Shown here one piece after another: positions 9,191-18,461 of a stretch of 64,000 nt of DNA. Position numbers and translations under genes: made by a program. The notes beneath the pieces were generated by a model. The model was not told the DNA's origin and searched no databases. It saw nothing but the letters and a program-made list of their open reading frames with translations. The number at the start of each line of letters is the position of its first letter. Within the stretch, counting starts at the first letter, position 1. Source of the stretch: an uncultured Eubacteriales bacterium (GTDB lineage: Bacteria; Bacillota; Clostridia; Oscillospirales; CAG-272). The stretch covers positions 2,222-66,221 of the forward strand of contig CAUGPT010000003.1 of the NCBI GenBank assembly GCA_959601495.1. Direction: 5' to 3'.

Positions 9191-9319
9191 CGCGCTCTCC
9201 CTCGCCGCCTCACCGCTACGCATAGTGCCACCACGCTCTTCTCCGTCCTTTCTCATGGTGCCGCCCCGCTTCTCTTCGCCCGCGCTCTCTCCCTCACCGC
9301 CTCGCCGCCACGCATAATG
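9191..9319. repeat. GC-rich 39-nt direct repeat (2 good copies plus 1 degenerate copy upstream)
   Basis: CGCGCTCTCCCTCGCCGCCTCACCGCTACGCATAGTGCC (9191-9229) and CGCGCTCTCCCTCACCGCCTCGCCGCCACGCATAATGCC (9281-9319) match at 35/39 positions. A weaker copy lies near 9143-9180. Confidence 0.6.
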
Positions 9320-9503
9320 CCCGTCTCAACCGTCGCCGCCCGCGGCGGCTGAAATTTTGAGCGTGTTTTGCGCCGCCCACGGTATAATCGCGCGCCTGTT
9401 TCAGTAAACTGTCTGTACGGGAAAAGTTTAGCGCGGGAAAATCCGCCGTCCGCGGCGGTATACTGTCCGAAAATCGGTTTTTTAAGAAATAATGCGCTTA
9501 TCA

Positions 9504-9532
9504 TTGCAAAAAGTAAAATTTTGTAGTATAAT
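9504..9532 (+). promoter_or_regulatory. sigma-A-type promoter upstream of mreB
   Basis: TTGCAA, 17 nt spacer, TATAAT. Confidence 0.55.
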
Positions 9533-9578
9533 ATAATCTGTATATTATCACCCATTGAAAAAGAGAGGAACAAGAGCT

Positions 9579-10619
9579 ATGCACTGGCATTTCGGAATGC
9601 GCAAGGATATAGGTATTGACCTGGGCACCGCCACGGTTCTTGTTTACGTGCAGGGCAAGGGCATCGTGCTCAAAGAGCCCTCCGTAGTTGCAATAGACAG
9701 AAACACCGATAAAATTCTGAAGGTAGGCAGAGAGGCACAGATGATGCTCGGCCGTACCCCCGGCAACATCACCGCCATCCGCCCTCTGCGTGACGGAGTT
9801 ATCAGCCAGTATGAATACACTCTGCGCATGATACAGTATTTTATAAAAAAGGCTTGCGGCAACGCATTTTTCGCTCCCCGCGTAATAATCTGCGTGCCCA
9901 GCGGCATAACCGAGGTCGAGGAACGCGCCGTTGTTGACGCCGCAACGCAGGCGGGCGCGAAAAACACCTATCTTATCGAAGAGCCCGTTGCTGCCGCTAT
10001 CGGCGCGGGCATTGACATCTCAACCCCCAACGGACACATGATAGTCGATATCGGCGGCGGCACCACCGACATTGCGGTCATCTCTCTCGGCGGCGTTGTC
10101 GTGTCGGAATCAATCAAAGTCGCGGGAGACAAGTTTGACGAGGCGATCATCCGCTATGTGCGCCGTCGGCACAACGTGCTTATCGGAGAGCGCACGGCAG
10201 AGGAGATAAAAATAAAGGTCGGTGCGGCATGGCAGAGAGACGAACCCCGCGTTATCGAGGTCAAGGGGCGCTGCCTTGTTCGAGGTCTGCCCAAGCTCGT
10301 TCGTATTTCCTCTGCGGAAATGCCCGACGCACTTGAAGAGCCCATTACGGCTATAATCGAGGCGGTCTGCTCCGTTATAGAGCGCACCCCGCCCGAGCTT
10401 GTAGGCGATATTCTGTACAACGGCATCGTCATGACCGGCGGCGGCAGCCTTTTGTACGGTCTTGACAGGCTGATCGCCAATGTTACCGGCATCAAGACAA
10501 GAGTCGCCGACAAAGCGGTATCCTGCGTGGCGCTCGGCACGGGCATGTCGCTTGAGCACATTACAAATATACCCGAGGGCGCGATAAATATTTCGCGTCA
10601 GCGGCAGAAACAATACTGA
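9579..10619 (+). CDS. mreB: rod shape-determining protein MreB
   Basis: DIGIDLGTATVLVY...GRTPGNITAIRPLRDGVI...DIGGGTTDIAVISLGG are actin-fold motifs. ATG 9579 follows an AGAGAGGA RBS. Confidence 0.9.
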   Translation: MHWHFGMRKDIGIDLGTATVLVYVQGKGIVLKEPSVVAIDRNTDKILKVGREAQMMLGRTPGNITAIRPLRDGVISQYEYTLRMIQYFIKKACGNAFFAPRVIICVPSGITEVEERAVVDAATQAGAKNTYLIEEPVAAAIGAGIDISTPNGHMIVDIGGGTTDIAVISLGGVVVSESIKVAGDKFDEAIIRYVRRRHNVLIGERTAEEIKIKVGAAWQRDEPRVIEVKGRCLVRGLPKLVRISSAEMPDALEEPITAIIEAVCSVIERTPPELVGDILYNGIVMTGGGSLLYGLDRLIANVTGIKTRVADKAVSCVALGTGMSLEHITNIPEGAINISRQRQKQY

Positions 10620-10658
10620 AAGAAAGACCTTCGGCAAATGCCGAAGGTCTTTCTTTCA
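10618..10658 (+). terminator. rho-independent terminator of mreB
   Basis: GAAAGAAAGACCTTCGGC-AAAT-GCCGAAGGTCTTTCTTTC. Confidence 0.8.
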
Positions 10659-10663
10659 GTAGA

Positions 10664-10701
10664 AAAAGCGGGGCTGCAAAATTTGCAGCCCCGCTCTCTT
10701 T
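10664..10701 (-). terminator. rho-independent terminator of the convergent zinc-ribbon membrane gene
   Basis: AGCGGGGCTGCAAAATTTGCAGCCCCGCT hairpin with flanking A and T runs. Confidence 0.75.
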
Positions 10702-11543
10702 TATATGTTTTCCTTTTCAAATTCTTTAATAAGTACCGACGCGATTATGTATACTGCCGCAACGCCGAGGGACGCCGCAAACGCAAAAGAATCCGAAACG
10801 GTCTTTATGCCTGTGATCACCGAACATGAGAACACCGCAAGCATAATGCCGTAAACTCTCATTCTGATTGCAATTTTGCCGTCAAACAGGCTGCCGGAAT
10901 AAGCTTCTCCCGAGGCGGCGGAGCAAAGCCTTTCGGAATATGCGAGAAAATGCTTTATAAAGCAGTTGTTGAAAACAATGATAACAGCCACTGCCGCGCC
11001 TGCCGCAAGCATAAGCACAAGACCCGCGATGACCGCTCCGCTCTCGGCGGTATTCATTATTAAGTTGAGCAGGTTCGAAAGCTCCGCGTTAAGATCCGCG
11101 CTGTAATCAATGGCGCTGCCCGCAAGATATACGGCGTATTTGCCGAAGAACATCAGAAGAATGCCGCAGACCGTACCGACAGTCGCGACAACGCCCGCGC
11201 CGACCCACATAAGCACATACTGTATTTTGAGAAGGACAGCGGTAAAGCGAAGTCCGCCGAGCTTTGTTTCGCCCCCCTCGCTTCTTGCCTGACCGAAGGT
11301 TATCCACGCCGCTGCCGCAAACAGAAGCGGCACAACGCCTGATCCGTTTTTCATTCCGAGGACAGCCGCCGCGCTTACAGTTATGCATATCGCAAGGTAC
11401 AGCGGATGTCTGAACATACCGCGCAGTGCCTGCGACGCGGTATTTCCTGTCGGAGCCGCCGCTTCGGGCGCGGTTTTCGCTTTGCAGACGGGGCACTCCG
11501 CCGCGTTGTCGGGGATGCTCGCCCCGCAGTTTTTACAATACAT
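10701..11543 (-). CDS. zinc-ribbon domain membrane protein
   Basis: N-terminal MYCKNCGASIPDNAAECPVCK is followed by about six hydrophobic segments. GGAGG RBS. Confidence 0.7.
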   Translation of the reverse strand: MYCKNCGASIPDNAAECPVCKAKTAPEAAAPTGNTASQALRGMFRHPLYLAICITVSAAAVLGMKNGSGVVPLLFAAAAWITFGQARSEGGETKLGGLRFTAVLLKIQYVLMWVGAGVVATVGTVCGILLMFFGKYAVYLAGSAIDYSADLNAELSNLLNLIMNTAESGAVIAGLVLMLAAGAAVAVIIVFNNCFIKHFLAYSERLCSAASGEAYSGSLFDGKIAIRMRVYGIMLAVFSCSVITGIKTVSDSFAFAASLGVAAVYIIASVLIKEFEKENI

Positions 11544-11687
11544 ATGAAATATCCTCCGTATATACTATATTTTCGCGCCGTCGGCGCACACTTTCGTTTT
11601 TAGGCAATTGCCTGCAATTTCTTCGCAGCGAAGCTTTCGTCGCCGCGTCGTTTTCGGTTTTGCGTATTTGGGGATTCTGCGGGCGGC

Positions 11688-12521
11688 TCATGCCTTTTTG
11701 CCGCCGCTGTTTTTGCGGATCGCGGACTTTATGAATCCCGCGGCGCTTCCGCCGTTTTTCTTCTTTCGGGCAGCATTACCGCCGCCGTTTGGCTTTCCCG
11801 CACCGACATTTCTGCCGCCGCCTGACTTTCCCGCGCCGGAGTTTTTGCCCTTCGGCTTTTCGCCTATCGCCATACTGCCGTCAGCAGACTTTACGCTGCC
11901 GTCTTTCGGCGCGGCACTTTTATTTTCGGCATTTGCCTTTGCACCTTTTGCCGCTCCGCTGCGCTTTTTCCGAACGGAAAATCCGAATTTTCCGAGAGAG
12001 TCGCCGAGACGGAAATACTCGCCGTGGGCAAAGGCGCAGAGGTCCGCGCGGTCAATGCAAAGCCTGCCGTCCGCGTCAAGAAGCTTCTCATCCACGTCAA
12101 CGGCAACAATATCCGCCAGAAACATATGGTGCGTTTCCATTTTGATAACGTCGAACACCCTGCATTCGAGGGCTATGGGACACTGCGCTATAAGCGGCAC
12201 CGACACTTTTGACGCCGGCAGCTTTTCAAGGGAAAACTTTTCGAATTTATCGCGTTTTCTTCCCGTATGCACTCCGCACCAGTCGCACGCCGCCGCGAGA
12301 GAGGACGGCGTCAGATTTATGACAAACTCTCCGCTTGAGGCTATGAGATCGTATGAAAAGCGCTGCGGACGCACGGAAATATACGTTTTCGGCGGCTGTG
12401 TGTTTACAAGACCCGTCCACGCAACGGTGAAAACATTGTCGCGCGCGCCGTCACTGCACGTCACAAGCACCGCCGGCACGGGAGCAAGCAGAGTTCCGCC
12501 CTTCCATACAAGCTTTCCCAT
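11688..12521 (-). CDS. flavin reductase-like (FMN-binding split barrel) protein with a ~90 aa Lys/Gly-rich C-terminal tail
   Basis: LAPVPAVLVTC...NVFTVAWTG...INL... are flavin_reduct-type motifs. The tail reads KKRSGAAKGAKANAENKSAAPKDG...GGGRNVGAGKPNGGGNAARKKKNGG. GGAGG RBS. Confidence 0.75.
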   Translation of the reverse strand: MGKLVWKGGTLLAPVPAVLVTCSDGARDNVFTVAWTGLVNTQPPKTYISVRPQRFSYDLIASSGEFVINLTPSSLAAACDWCGVHTGRKRDKFEKFSLEKLPASKVSVPLIAQCPIALECRVFDVIKMETHHMFLADIVAVDVDEKLLDADGRLCIDRADLCAFAHGEYFRLGDSLGKFGFSVRKKRSGAAKGAKANAENKSAAPKDGSVKSADGSMAIGEKPKGKNSGAGKSGGGRNVGAGKPNGGGNAARKKKNGGSAAGFIKSAIRKNSGGKKA

Positions 12522-12710
12522 ACGCTGCCTCCGAAAAATGATACTGCCGCCGTGCGTGCGGTCATGCTTATTTTACAACATACGGCCGTTTTCTGCAATA
12601 GGTTTGCGAAAAAAGCTTGCTTTTAAGGCTGTGCGGGGATATAATTATATAAATCGGCATTGAAGCGTTTCTTTACCGTAATACAAATTTTCGAACATCA
12701 AGGATATAAA

Positions 12711-13736
12711 ATGGATAAGCTTATAACCTTTGCCATACCCTGCTACAACTCCGCGGCGTTCATGTCAAACTGCATCGAATCGCTGCTCGGCGCGGGGGAC
12801 GACACAGAGATCATAATCATAAACGACGGCTCCGCCGACAACACGGGCGCCGTTGCCGACAGTTATGCGGAAAAATACCCCGACAAGATCCGCGCCATCC
12901 ACCAGGAAAACGGAGGACACGGCGCAGGCGTCAACCGCGGCATCGCGGAAGCCTCCGGAAAATACTACAAAGTCGTGGACTCCGACGACAGGCTTGACCC
13001 CGCCGAGCTTTCATGTCTGCTTGAGCGCATAAGAGAAAACGAGGCTGCGGAAAAGTCTGTGGATATGTACGTTACAAACTATGTCTATGTACGCACGGAC
13101 ACGGGAGAAAGACGTACAATGAGCTACCGCAGCAGATTTCCGATCGAGAAAATATGCACATGGGACGATGTAAAGCCATTCGGCGCGTCGCAGTATCTCA
13201 TGATGCACTCGGTAGTATACCGTACCGAGCTTTTGCGCGAGCACGGTGTGGAGCTTCCCCGTCACACATTCTATGTGGATAATCTTTATATGTATGAGCC
13301 TTTTCCGTATGTGAAAAGTATATACTATATGGATCTGGACATATATCTCTACTATGTGGGCAGGGACGAGCAGTCCGTCAGCGAAAAGAATATGCTGCGC
13401 CGCATAGATCAGCAGGTGCTCGTGGCATATCTTATGATAGACTGCCAGGATCTCGAGGCGGTGCGCGCGCAGAGCAGACGGCTGTACCGCTGCATGCTGC
13501 ACGATCTTTCGATCATCATGAGTATTTCCTCTGTTTTTCTGTATATGAAAAAGGATAAGGAAAGCATCGAGAAATCAAAAGCCCTCTGGCGTCATCTCAA
13601 GGAGCGCGACAGGCGCGCATACAGAAAGCTGCGCTTTTGCTCCGTCGCGGCTTTCACGGCGCTTCCCGGCGCTCTCGGCCGCAGCATATCGGTCGGAATG
13701 TACAGACTTGTTCACAAGTTCATGAAGGTCAACTGA
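12711..13736 (+). CDS. glycosyltransferase family 2 protein
   Basis: ITFAIPCYNSAAFM...IIIINDGSADNT...YKVVDSDD (DxD motif). ATG 12711 follows AAGGA. Confidence 0.85.
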   Translation: MDKLITFAIPCYNSAAFMSNCIESLLGAGDDTEIIIINDGSADNTGAVADSYAEKYPDKIRAIHQENGGHGAGVNRGIAEASGKYYKVVDSDDRLDPAELSCLLERIRENEAAEKSVDMYVTNYVYVRTDTGERRTMSYRSRFPIEKICTWDDVKPFGASQYLMMHSVVYRTELLREHGVELPRHTFYVDNLYMYEPFPYVKSIYYMDLDIYLYYVGRDEQSVSEKNMLRRIDQQVLVAYLMIDCQDLEAVRAQSRRLYRCMLHDLSIIMSISSVFLYMKKDKESIEKSKALWRHLKERDRRAYRKLRFCSVAAFTALPGALGRSISVGMYRLVHKFMKVN

Positions 13737-13868
13737 GCGGCGCGCGGCAAAGCAATTGTAAAATTATTATTTACCGCTTGCATTTTTACGTTTTTATGTT
13801 ATACTAAAATCAGAAGATAAGACAAAAGATAATTTGTCTTAAATTATAATTACTATCGGAGGTTTATC

Positions 13869-14129
13869 ATGAAAGATTGTGAAAAGCGCTCAAGCGTTGT
13901 GCGCACGGTTATTATAACCCTTTCCGTTATTGCCGCGATCGCAGCAATAGCAGCCGTACTTTATAAGCTGTTTAAGAAGTATTTCAGGATTTCTTTTGAC
14001 TGCGGAGACTGCGACGACTGCACCGCGGGCTGTTTCGACAGCGATTTCGATCCCATGAGCGACGAGGACTTTGCTCCCGAGTGCGCTCTTGACGACGAGG
14101 ACGAAGACGAGGACGGCGCAAAGGCCTGA
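13869..14129 (+). CDS. small membrane-anchored Cys-rich acidic protein (hypothetical)
   Basis: GGAGG RBS, one TM segment (VIITLSVIAAIAAIAAVL), then DCGDCDDCTAGC and an acidic tail. Confidence 0.55.
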   Translation: MKDCEKRSSVVRTVIITLSVIAAIAAIAAVLYKLFKKYFRISFDCGDCDDCTAGCFDSDFDPMSDEDFAPECALDDEDEDEDGAKA

Positions 14130-14227
14130 GCCTCAAATATCCGGCTCCGTACAGAGCCCGAAAGATGTCTGTGACAAAGGCGGAGTCTAAAAAAGACCCC
14201 GCCTTTACATTTTTAAGAGGGATCATT

Positions 14228-15064
14228 ATGAAAAAAACTATTTCGGCAAGACCGGGGCGCAGGATGTACGCTCTGCTTCTTGCGGCGGTGCTTCTCTGCC
14301 CCGTCGCCATGTCAGGCTGCAAAGGCGACAAAGCACCTGCCGACACCGCAGGCGAAACAAAGCAGGCTGCCCGCTGGCAGGACAGCATAGAATACGACTC
14401 TACCCTGTCACCGGACGGGAAAACGGTTTTTCTTTACGCGGTCAGCCGCGGAAAGATCACATTGTGGAATAAAAAAAGTGAAAAAGCCTCTCCCATCGTT
14501 CTGAAATACGATTCCACAGCCGATGACGCGACGGACCGTTTTGAGACGGCGGACATAAACGGCGACGGCTACGAGGACATCCGCCTTGTGTACAGTGAAA
14601 GCGACACGGGAATATCGTACAACCTTTGGCTGTGGGATGCGAACTCCGAAAGATATACATACTGCAATAACTACCGCAAAATAGAAGATCCGGAAAGCGC
14701 AGACGGCGGAAAGAGTGTTATCTGCCATACCGACACGGGCGCTTTCGGAAAAATCACGCAAACGTATACCTTCAACGACACCTGCGGGATCGACCTCACG
14801 TCTTCATCGGTGGACGATCCCGACGCGGTCGCCGCCGCAATATGCGGGGGGCTCGGATTCGGCGGCATTACAGCTTCGGGAGCCCCCATTACTATAGGCG
14901 TAACAAAGTGCAGTCTGTATACGGCGGGCGACAAAGAGTTTCTCGCCTATACGGATGAGTCCGTATGGTATGCTTCCCCCAAAGACACAAGCGAATATTA
15001 CGAAGTGAAGTATGACGGCGGCGCGTACTCCCTCGGCGAAAAAGTCGAAGCAACGTCAAAATAG
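14228..15064 (+). CDS. lipoprotein (hypothetical)
   Basis: Signal peptide plus lipobox LLCPVAMSGC. ATG 14228 follows AGAGGGA. Confidence 0.65.
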   Translation: MKKTISARPGRRMYALLLAAVLLCPVAMSGCKGDKAPADTAGETKQAARWQDSIEYDSTLSPDGKTVFLYAVSRGKITLWNKKSEKASPIVLKYDSTADDATDRFETADINGDGYEDIRLVYSESDTGISYNLWLWDANSERYTYCNNYRKIEDPESADGGKSVICHTDTGAFGKITQTYTFNDTCGIDLTSSSVDDPDAVAAAICGGLGFGGITASGAPITIGVTKCSLYTAGDKEFLAYTDESVWYASPKDTSEYYEVKYDGGAYSLGEKVEATSK

Positions 15065-15127
15065 CCGTCAGCCGTCCCGCGCGCCGCAATGCGGCGCCGT
15101 AACCACTTATTTTACAGGAGATACGAT

Positions 15128-15742
15128 ATGTTTTACAAAAGACCGAAGCCGGCACAGATAAAAGCCGCCGACGAAGCGATGTCGGCGCTGCTGCCGGATG
15201 CCGAAAAAGTATACGACATTCCCGCAAGAGAATTTATGGTAAAATGGCTGTCCGTCTTTGCGCCGGACATGAGCGTTGCGGACGCAAAGGCTTTCTGCCT
15301 GCCCAGGCTTCTTTATAAAAACCGCATATGGCATGCCTTCAGCTTCCGCAAGACCGACTGCGTATACGGAGAAGATGCGGACGAAGCGGCGGCGGGAAAG
15401 CTCCGCGGCGAAGGATATATACTCATGTGCGATGCCCAGGCGGTTTACCGCGCGGACGACCTGTCGGTCCTTACTGTCGAAGACATCAAAAAGCTAAAAA
15501 GCGCGGTCGTGTTCGACAGCGAGTATAAAATGACATATGCCGTATGCGACGAAGAAGGATGCGGACCGTTTTTCAAGCTGTCGGAGTGTGCCGCCTGCGG
15601 CGGATGCGGCGGATGCGGCGGATGCGGTATTTCCGACTGCGAAAAGCGCGCGGATGCCGTTGAGAACGATGATACAGGTGACAACGAGGCAAATGAGAGC
15701 CACGAAGAAGCCGAAGCCGCCGAAAAAACGAGCAATGAATGA
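15128..15742 (+). CDS. hypothetical protein (DUF4275-like N-terminal domain) with a CGG-repeat Cys/Gly stretch and acidic tail
   Basis: AGGAG RBS. The motif RIWHAFSF...GEDA resembles DUF4275 from memory. The C-terminus reads ECAACGGCGGCGGCGISDCEK. Confidence 0.55.
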   Translation: MFYKRPKPAQIKAADEAMSALLPDAEKVYDIPAREFMVKWLSVFAPDMSVADAKAFCLPRLLYKNRIWHAFSFRKTDCVYGEDADEAAAGKLRGEGYILMCDAQAVYRADDLSVLTVEDIKKLKSAVVFDSEYKMTYAVCDEEGCGPFFKLSECAACGGCGGCGGCGISDCEKRADAVENDDTGDNEANESHEEAEAAEKTSNE

Positions 15743-16727
15743 CAAGAAGCCCTGCCGAAGCAGAAGCCGCCGCGCACCGAAAATCTTCCGCAGAGCGGCC
15801 GCGGTCATCTGTATCGCCGCGGCGGTATTGACTTTTTCAGGCTGCGCGAATACATCCGAAAGACCCGACGTCACCGATACCCCGTCGGACACGGAAAGCA
15901 CCGCCGCGCCGCACGATTTTGAGTCAGGCCCGGACAGATCGGAAATGACAAAGGCGCTGAACTTTATTTGCGGCGACGTGTATCCCGGCAATGGCGTCAG
16001 CCCGAAAGAGCTCAGCGCGGCGAACGCCTTCAGATGCATTCTGGACGGCGAGAGCGGCTGGGGCTTCGGAGTTTACAGACAAAATGCAGAGACCGAAAAG
16101 ATCGGCGAATTTATACTGAGCGACAGCGGCACGCTGTATGTGCGCGACTCAGGCTACGGCGCCTACCGCCCCGCCGCAGGCGAAGAATTCAAAGGCTACG
16201 TCCTGCGCTTCAAAAACGCGGTTCGCGCAGAATCACTCGGCGGGCAGTATCTTGCCTCCACCGAGGGCGGGCAGATGTACTACTCCGACAGCTATCGCTG
16301 TGAGGGCGGGCTGACGTTTTCCGTGAGCCGCATAGGGCCCGTCGGCGAGGGCAAGAGCGTTCTCTCCGTCGTGTCAGACTGGACCGGAGTGCCGAGCGCT
16401 GAGTTTGTTCAGGTGTACAACGGGCCGATCGAAACGTATGAAGGCGTATGCTCCGCGCGCCGCGCGGACAGCGACTTTGATGTGCTTGTGATAGACTTTT
16501 ATCAGAAAAGCAAAAGCACGGCGAAAAAATACCGCGCCGCGCTTGTATCCCTTCCCGATTCGCTGCTGTGGTTTCAGTGCAGCATTGCGGAGGAGGATTT
16601 CGCCCGGTACGGCGATACATTCAAAGAACTTACGGACGGCCTGTGCGTCGTCGGGCAGTACGGCGAGCCCGTGTTCGGCGAGCTTTGCACCGAATACAAC
16701 AGTGAAGTTATAGGAATACAGCAGTAG
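15735..16727 (+). CDS. lipoprotein (hypothetical)
   Basis: MNDKKPCRSRSRRAPK...AAAVLTFSGC lipobox. Its ATG overlaps the upstream stop (ATGAATGA). The longer track ORF starting at 15537 overlaps the preceding gene and was rejected. Confidence 0.65.
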   Translation: MNDKKPCRSRSRRAPKIFRRAAAVICIAAAVLTFSGCANTSERPDVTDTPSDTESTAAPHDFESGPDRSEMTKALNFICGDVYPGNGVSPKELSAANAFRCILDGESGWGFGVYRQNAETEKIGEFILSDSGTLYVRDSGYGAYRPAAGEEFKGYVLRFKNAVRAESLGGQYLASTEGGQMYYSDSYRCEGGLTFSVSRIGPVGEGKSVLSVVSDWTGVPSAEFVQVYNGPIETYEGVCSARRADSDFDVLVIDFYQKSKSTAKKYRAALVSLPDSLLWFQCSIAEEDFARYGDTFKELTDGLCVVGQYGEPVFGELCTEYNSEVIGIQQ

Positions 16728-16979
16728 GCGCCGCAATGCGGCGCCTACTGCTGTATAAAAGCGGCAAAGAACTTCGGACATTTCGTCAGCCGGCGAACGG
16801 CGGCGAAAAGGGACTGCTTTTCCGGAAGCGGCCCCTTCGGGATGTTATCATAAAACTGAATAAAAGTTAAGAGGGGATGCGGTAAAACAGTCGGCGGCTC
16901 GGAGTTTTTCCGGATTAGACGGCAGATAGGTGTGCAGCCCGGAGAATCGAACAGCAGGAGCAGAATTTCTCATGAGCGG

Positions 16980-17595
16980 TCATTGCACCGCCTCATTCAG
17001 AGGTACACGATCCAAAGTGCGACCGGCCTCGTTCTTCAGATATTCATTGCGGTCGGTACTCTCCCGATCCCACAGCACGGTGACGGTGTCTGCGTCGGCG
17101 GCGTGAGCCTTGACAAACGCCCGAATCAGCGGAAGCCAGTCATGATCTGCTCCGGACACGCGGAAATAGAGATCCCGGCTGCCGGGCACGGTATCATACA
17201 GCCCACCCAGCCGTACCCGGAGAAATTCGCTGTTCAGCGCCCGATTCACGGCGGCGTTCAGCTCCGGCAGGCGTGCCGGGTCCACATAGAAAAGCTCTCC
17301 GGCGTGCCGCTCCGCAAAAGCACGGCTGAGGAAAAAAATATGGCCGCTTCCGAATTGCCAGCAGCAGATTCCGCACCAGATTGCGGTTAGGCCGCAGCGC
17401 CACGCCGTAGGCGGCTATCAACTCCAAACACTGTCGCCGGGTCTCCTCACTTTGGGTGGCATCATACAACCATTCGGCGGCGTAAATCGTCTCCTCCGCA
17501 TCCGTCGGGTCGGCGCTTCCGTAGTAGTGCCACCTGCAGGGAAACGCCGTTCCGTCCCGCCGCAGCATCCACGCGGTAGTCTTATCCATAGGCAT
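16980..17595 (-). pseudogene. hypothetical ~205 aa gene interrupted by a +1 frameshift in a T7 (plus-strand A7) run
   Basis: ORFs 17194-17595 and 16980-17285 are consecutive frames of one reading frame. Removing one A from 17332-17338 joins ...AIRKRPYFF to LSRAFAERHAGELFYVDPARL... The gene has its own AGGAG RBS and TATACT -10. Confidence 0.6.
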
Positions 17596-17635
17596 CCGCT
17601 CCTTTCGGAGAATAGTATAGCATGGCAGGTGGGAT

Positions 17636-17674
17636 AAAAAGAACGCACGGAGAACAAATCGTTCTCTGTGCGTC
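17636..17674 (-). terminator. rho-independent terminator after the AT-rich hypothetical gene
   Basis: Minus strand: ACGCACAGAGAAC-GATTT-GTTCTCCGTGCGT followed by TCTTTTT. Confidence 0.75.
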
Positions 17675-17683
17675 TTTTAAGTT

Positions 17684-18448
17684 TTAATTATTTTTTGTTT
17701 CCTTCTTGTCTTTCTGTTTTGCAGCTTTAATCTTGTCTCTCTGTTTTGCAACTTTAATCCACGCAAGGCCTTCCCACTGAATAGGGGAAATTCCCTGTTT
17801 TTTTACAATGTCCCTGATTCCGTCTTGCAGCTTTTTATAGTTTTTATGATCAGATATTGCGCTCCATGCCTCGCCGTTATAATAGTAGGATTCGCCGGAA
17901 CCAGTAATCCTATTTCCCTCAGTGTTGAACTGTTGCGTTTCTTTTAGAACTTCAAGAATAAAGCTGTCAACCGGTACATGCAACTCTGCCTCAGAAAGGC
18001 CATTTGGCAGCATATCAAGCAGCCACAGATATTTCAGCGTCATATTTACCCATTTCTGTGCTTGTCCGTATGTAAAACCAACTTTAAGAAAATCTTTCTT
18101 ATTATAAGGCACACTCATTTGATAAATGATTTGAGTACACTCGCTTTTATGCCATGCGTAAAAATCGCCAGAATGGTTTGGATAACTTTCGATGGATTCG
18201 ATTAGTTTTGAGCAGATATCTTCAATTCGGGTTTTCCGAATCTCAGCAAACGAATATGCCTCAGCACCGACCTTTGCTTTTTCCGGGTCTGTTGAAGAAT
18301 AGGTATATTTGACCGTTCGCGCTAAGTCTAAATATGCACGGTATGCACATTTTTTCTTCACCGTTTGCTCGGGATCCTCACTGCTGTATCCAAAGTAGCT
18401 ATACAGCAGAAAATCCAGCAGTTTTTTATTATCAGCAGACTGATTCAT
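17684..18448 (-). CDS. hypothetical protein (254 aa), AT-rich, downstream of the WYL gene
   Basis: AAGGAG RBS before ATG 18448. Conserved-looking core FTYGQAQKWVNMTLKYLWLL...LHVPVDSFIL and a Lys-rich tail. I recognise no family. GC is clearly lower than the flanks. Confidence 0.6.
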   Translation of the reverse strand: MNQSADNKKLLDFLLYSYFGYSSEDPEQTVKKKCAYRAYLDLARTVKYTYSSTDPEKAKVGAEAYSFAEIRKTRIEDICSKLIESIESYPNHSGDFYAWHKSECTQIIYQMSVPYNKKDFLKVGFTYGQAQKWVNMTLKYLWLLDMLPNGLSEAELHVPVDSFILEVLKETQQFNTEGNRITGSGESYYYNGEAWSAISDHKNYKKLQDGIRDIVKKQGISPIQWEGLAWIKVAKQRDKIKAAKQKDKKETKNN

Positions 18449-18461
18449 GGTGCTATCTCCT

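Noticed and set aside
8934-9573. Cluster of 66-119 aa ORFs on both strands in the ABC / mreB intergenic region
   Set aside because: They are generated by GC-rich repeats. Their translations are Ala/Arg/Pro-rich, they lack RBSs, and they overlap one another.
16925-16995. tRNA-like fragment (GAATCGAAC, CTCATGAG) that could mark an integration site for the 16.9-19.3 kb islet
   Set aside because: I could not fold an acceptor/T-arm or an anticodon stem on either strand. The resemblance is limited to a T-loop-like heptamer.
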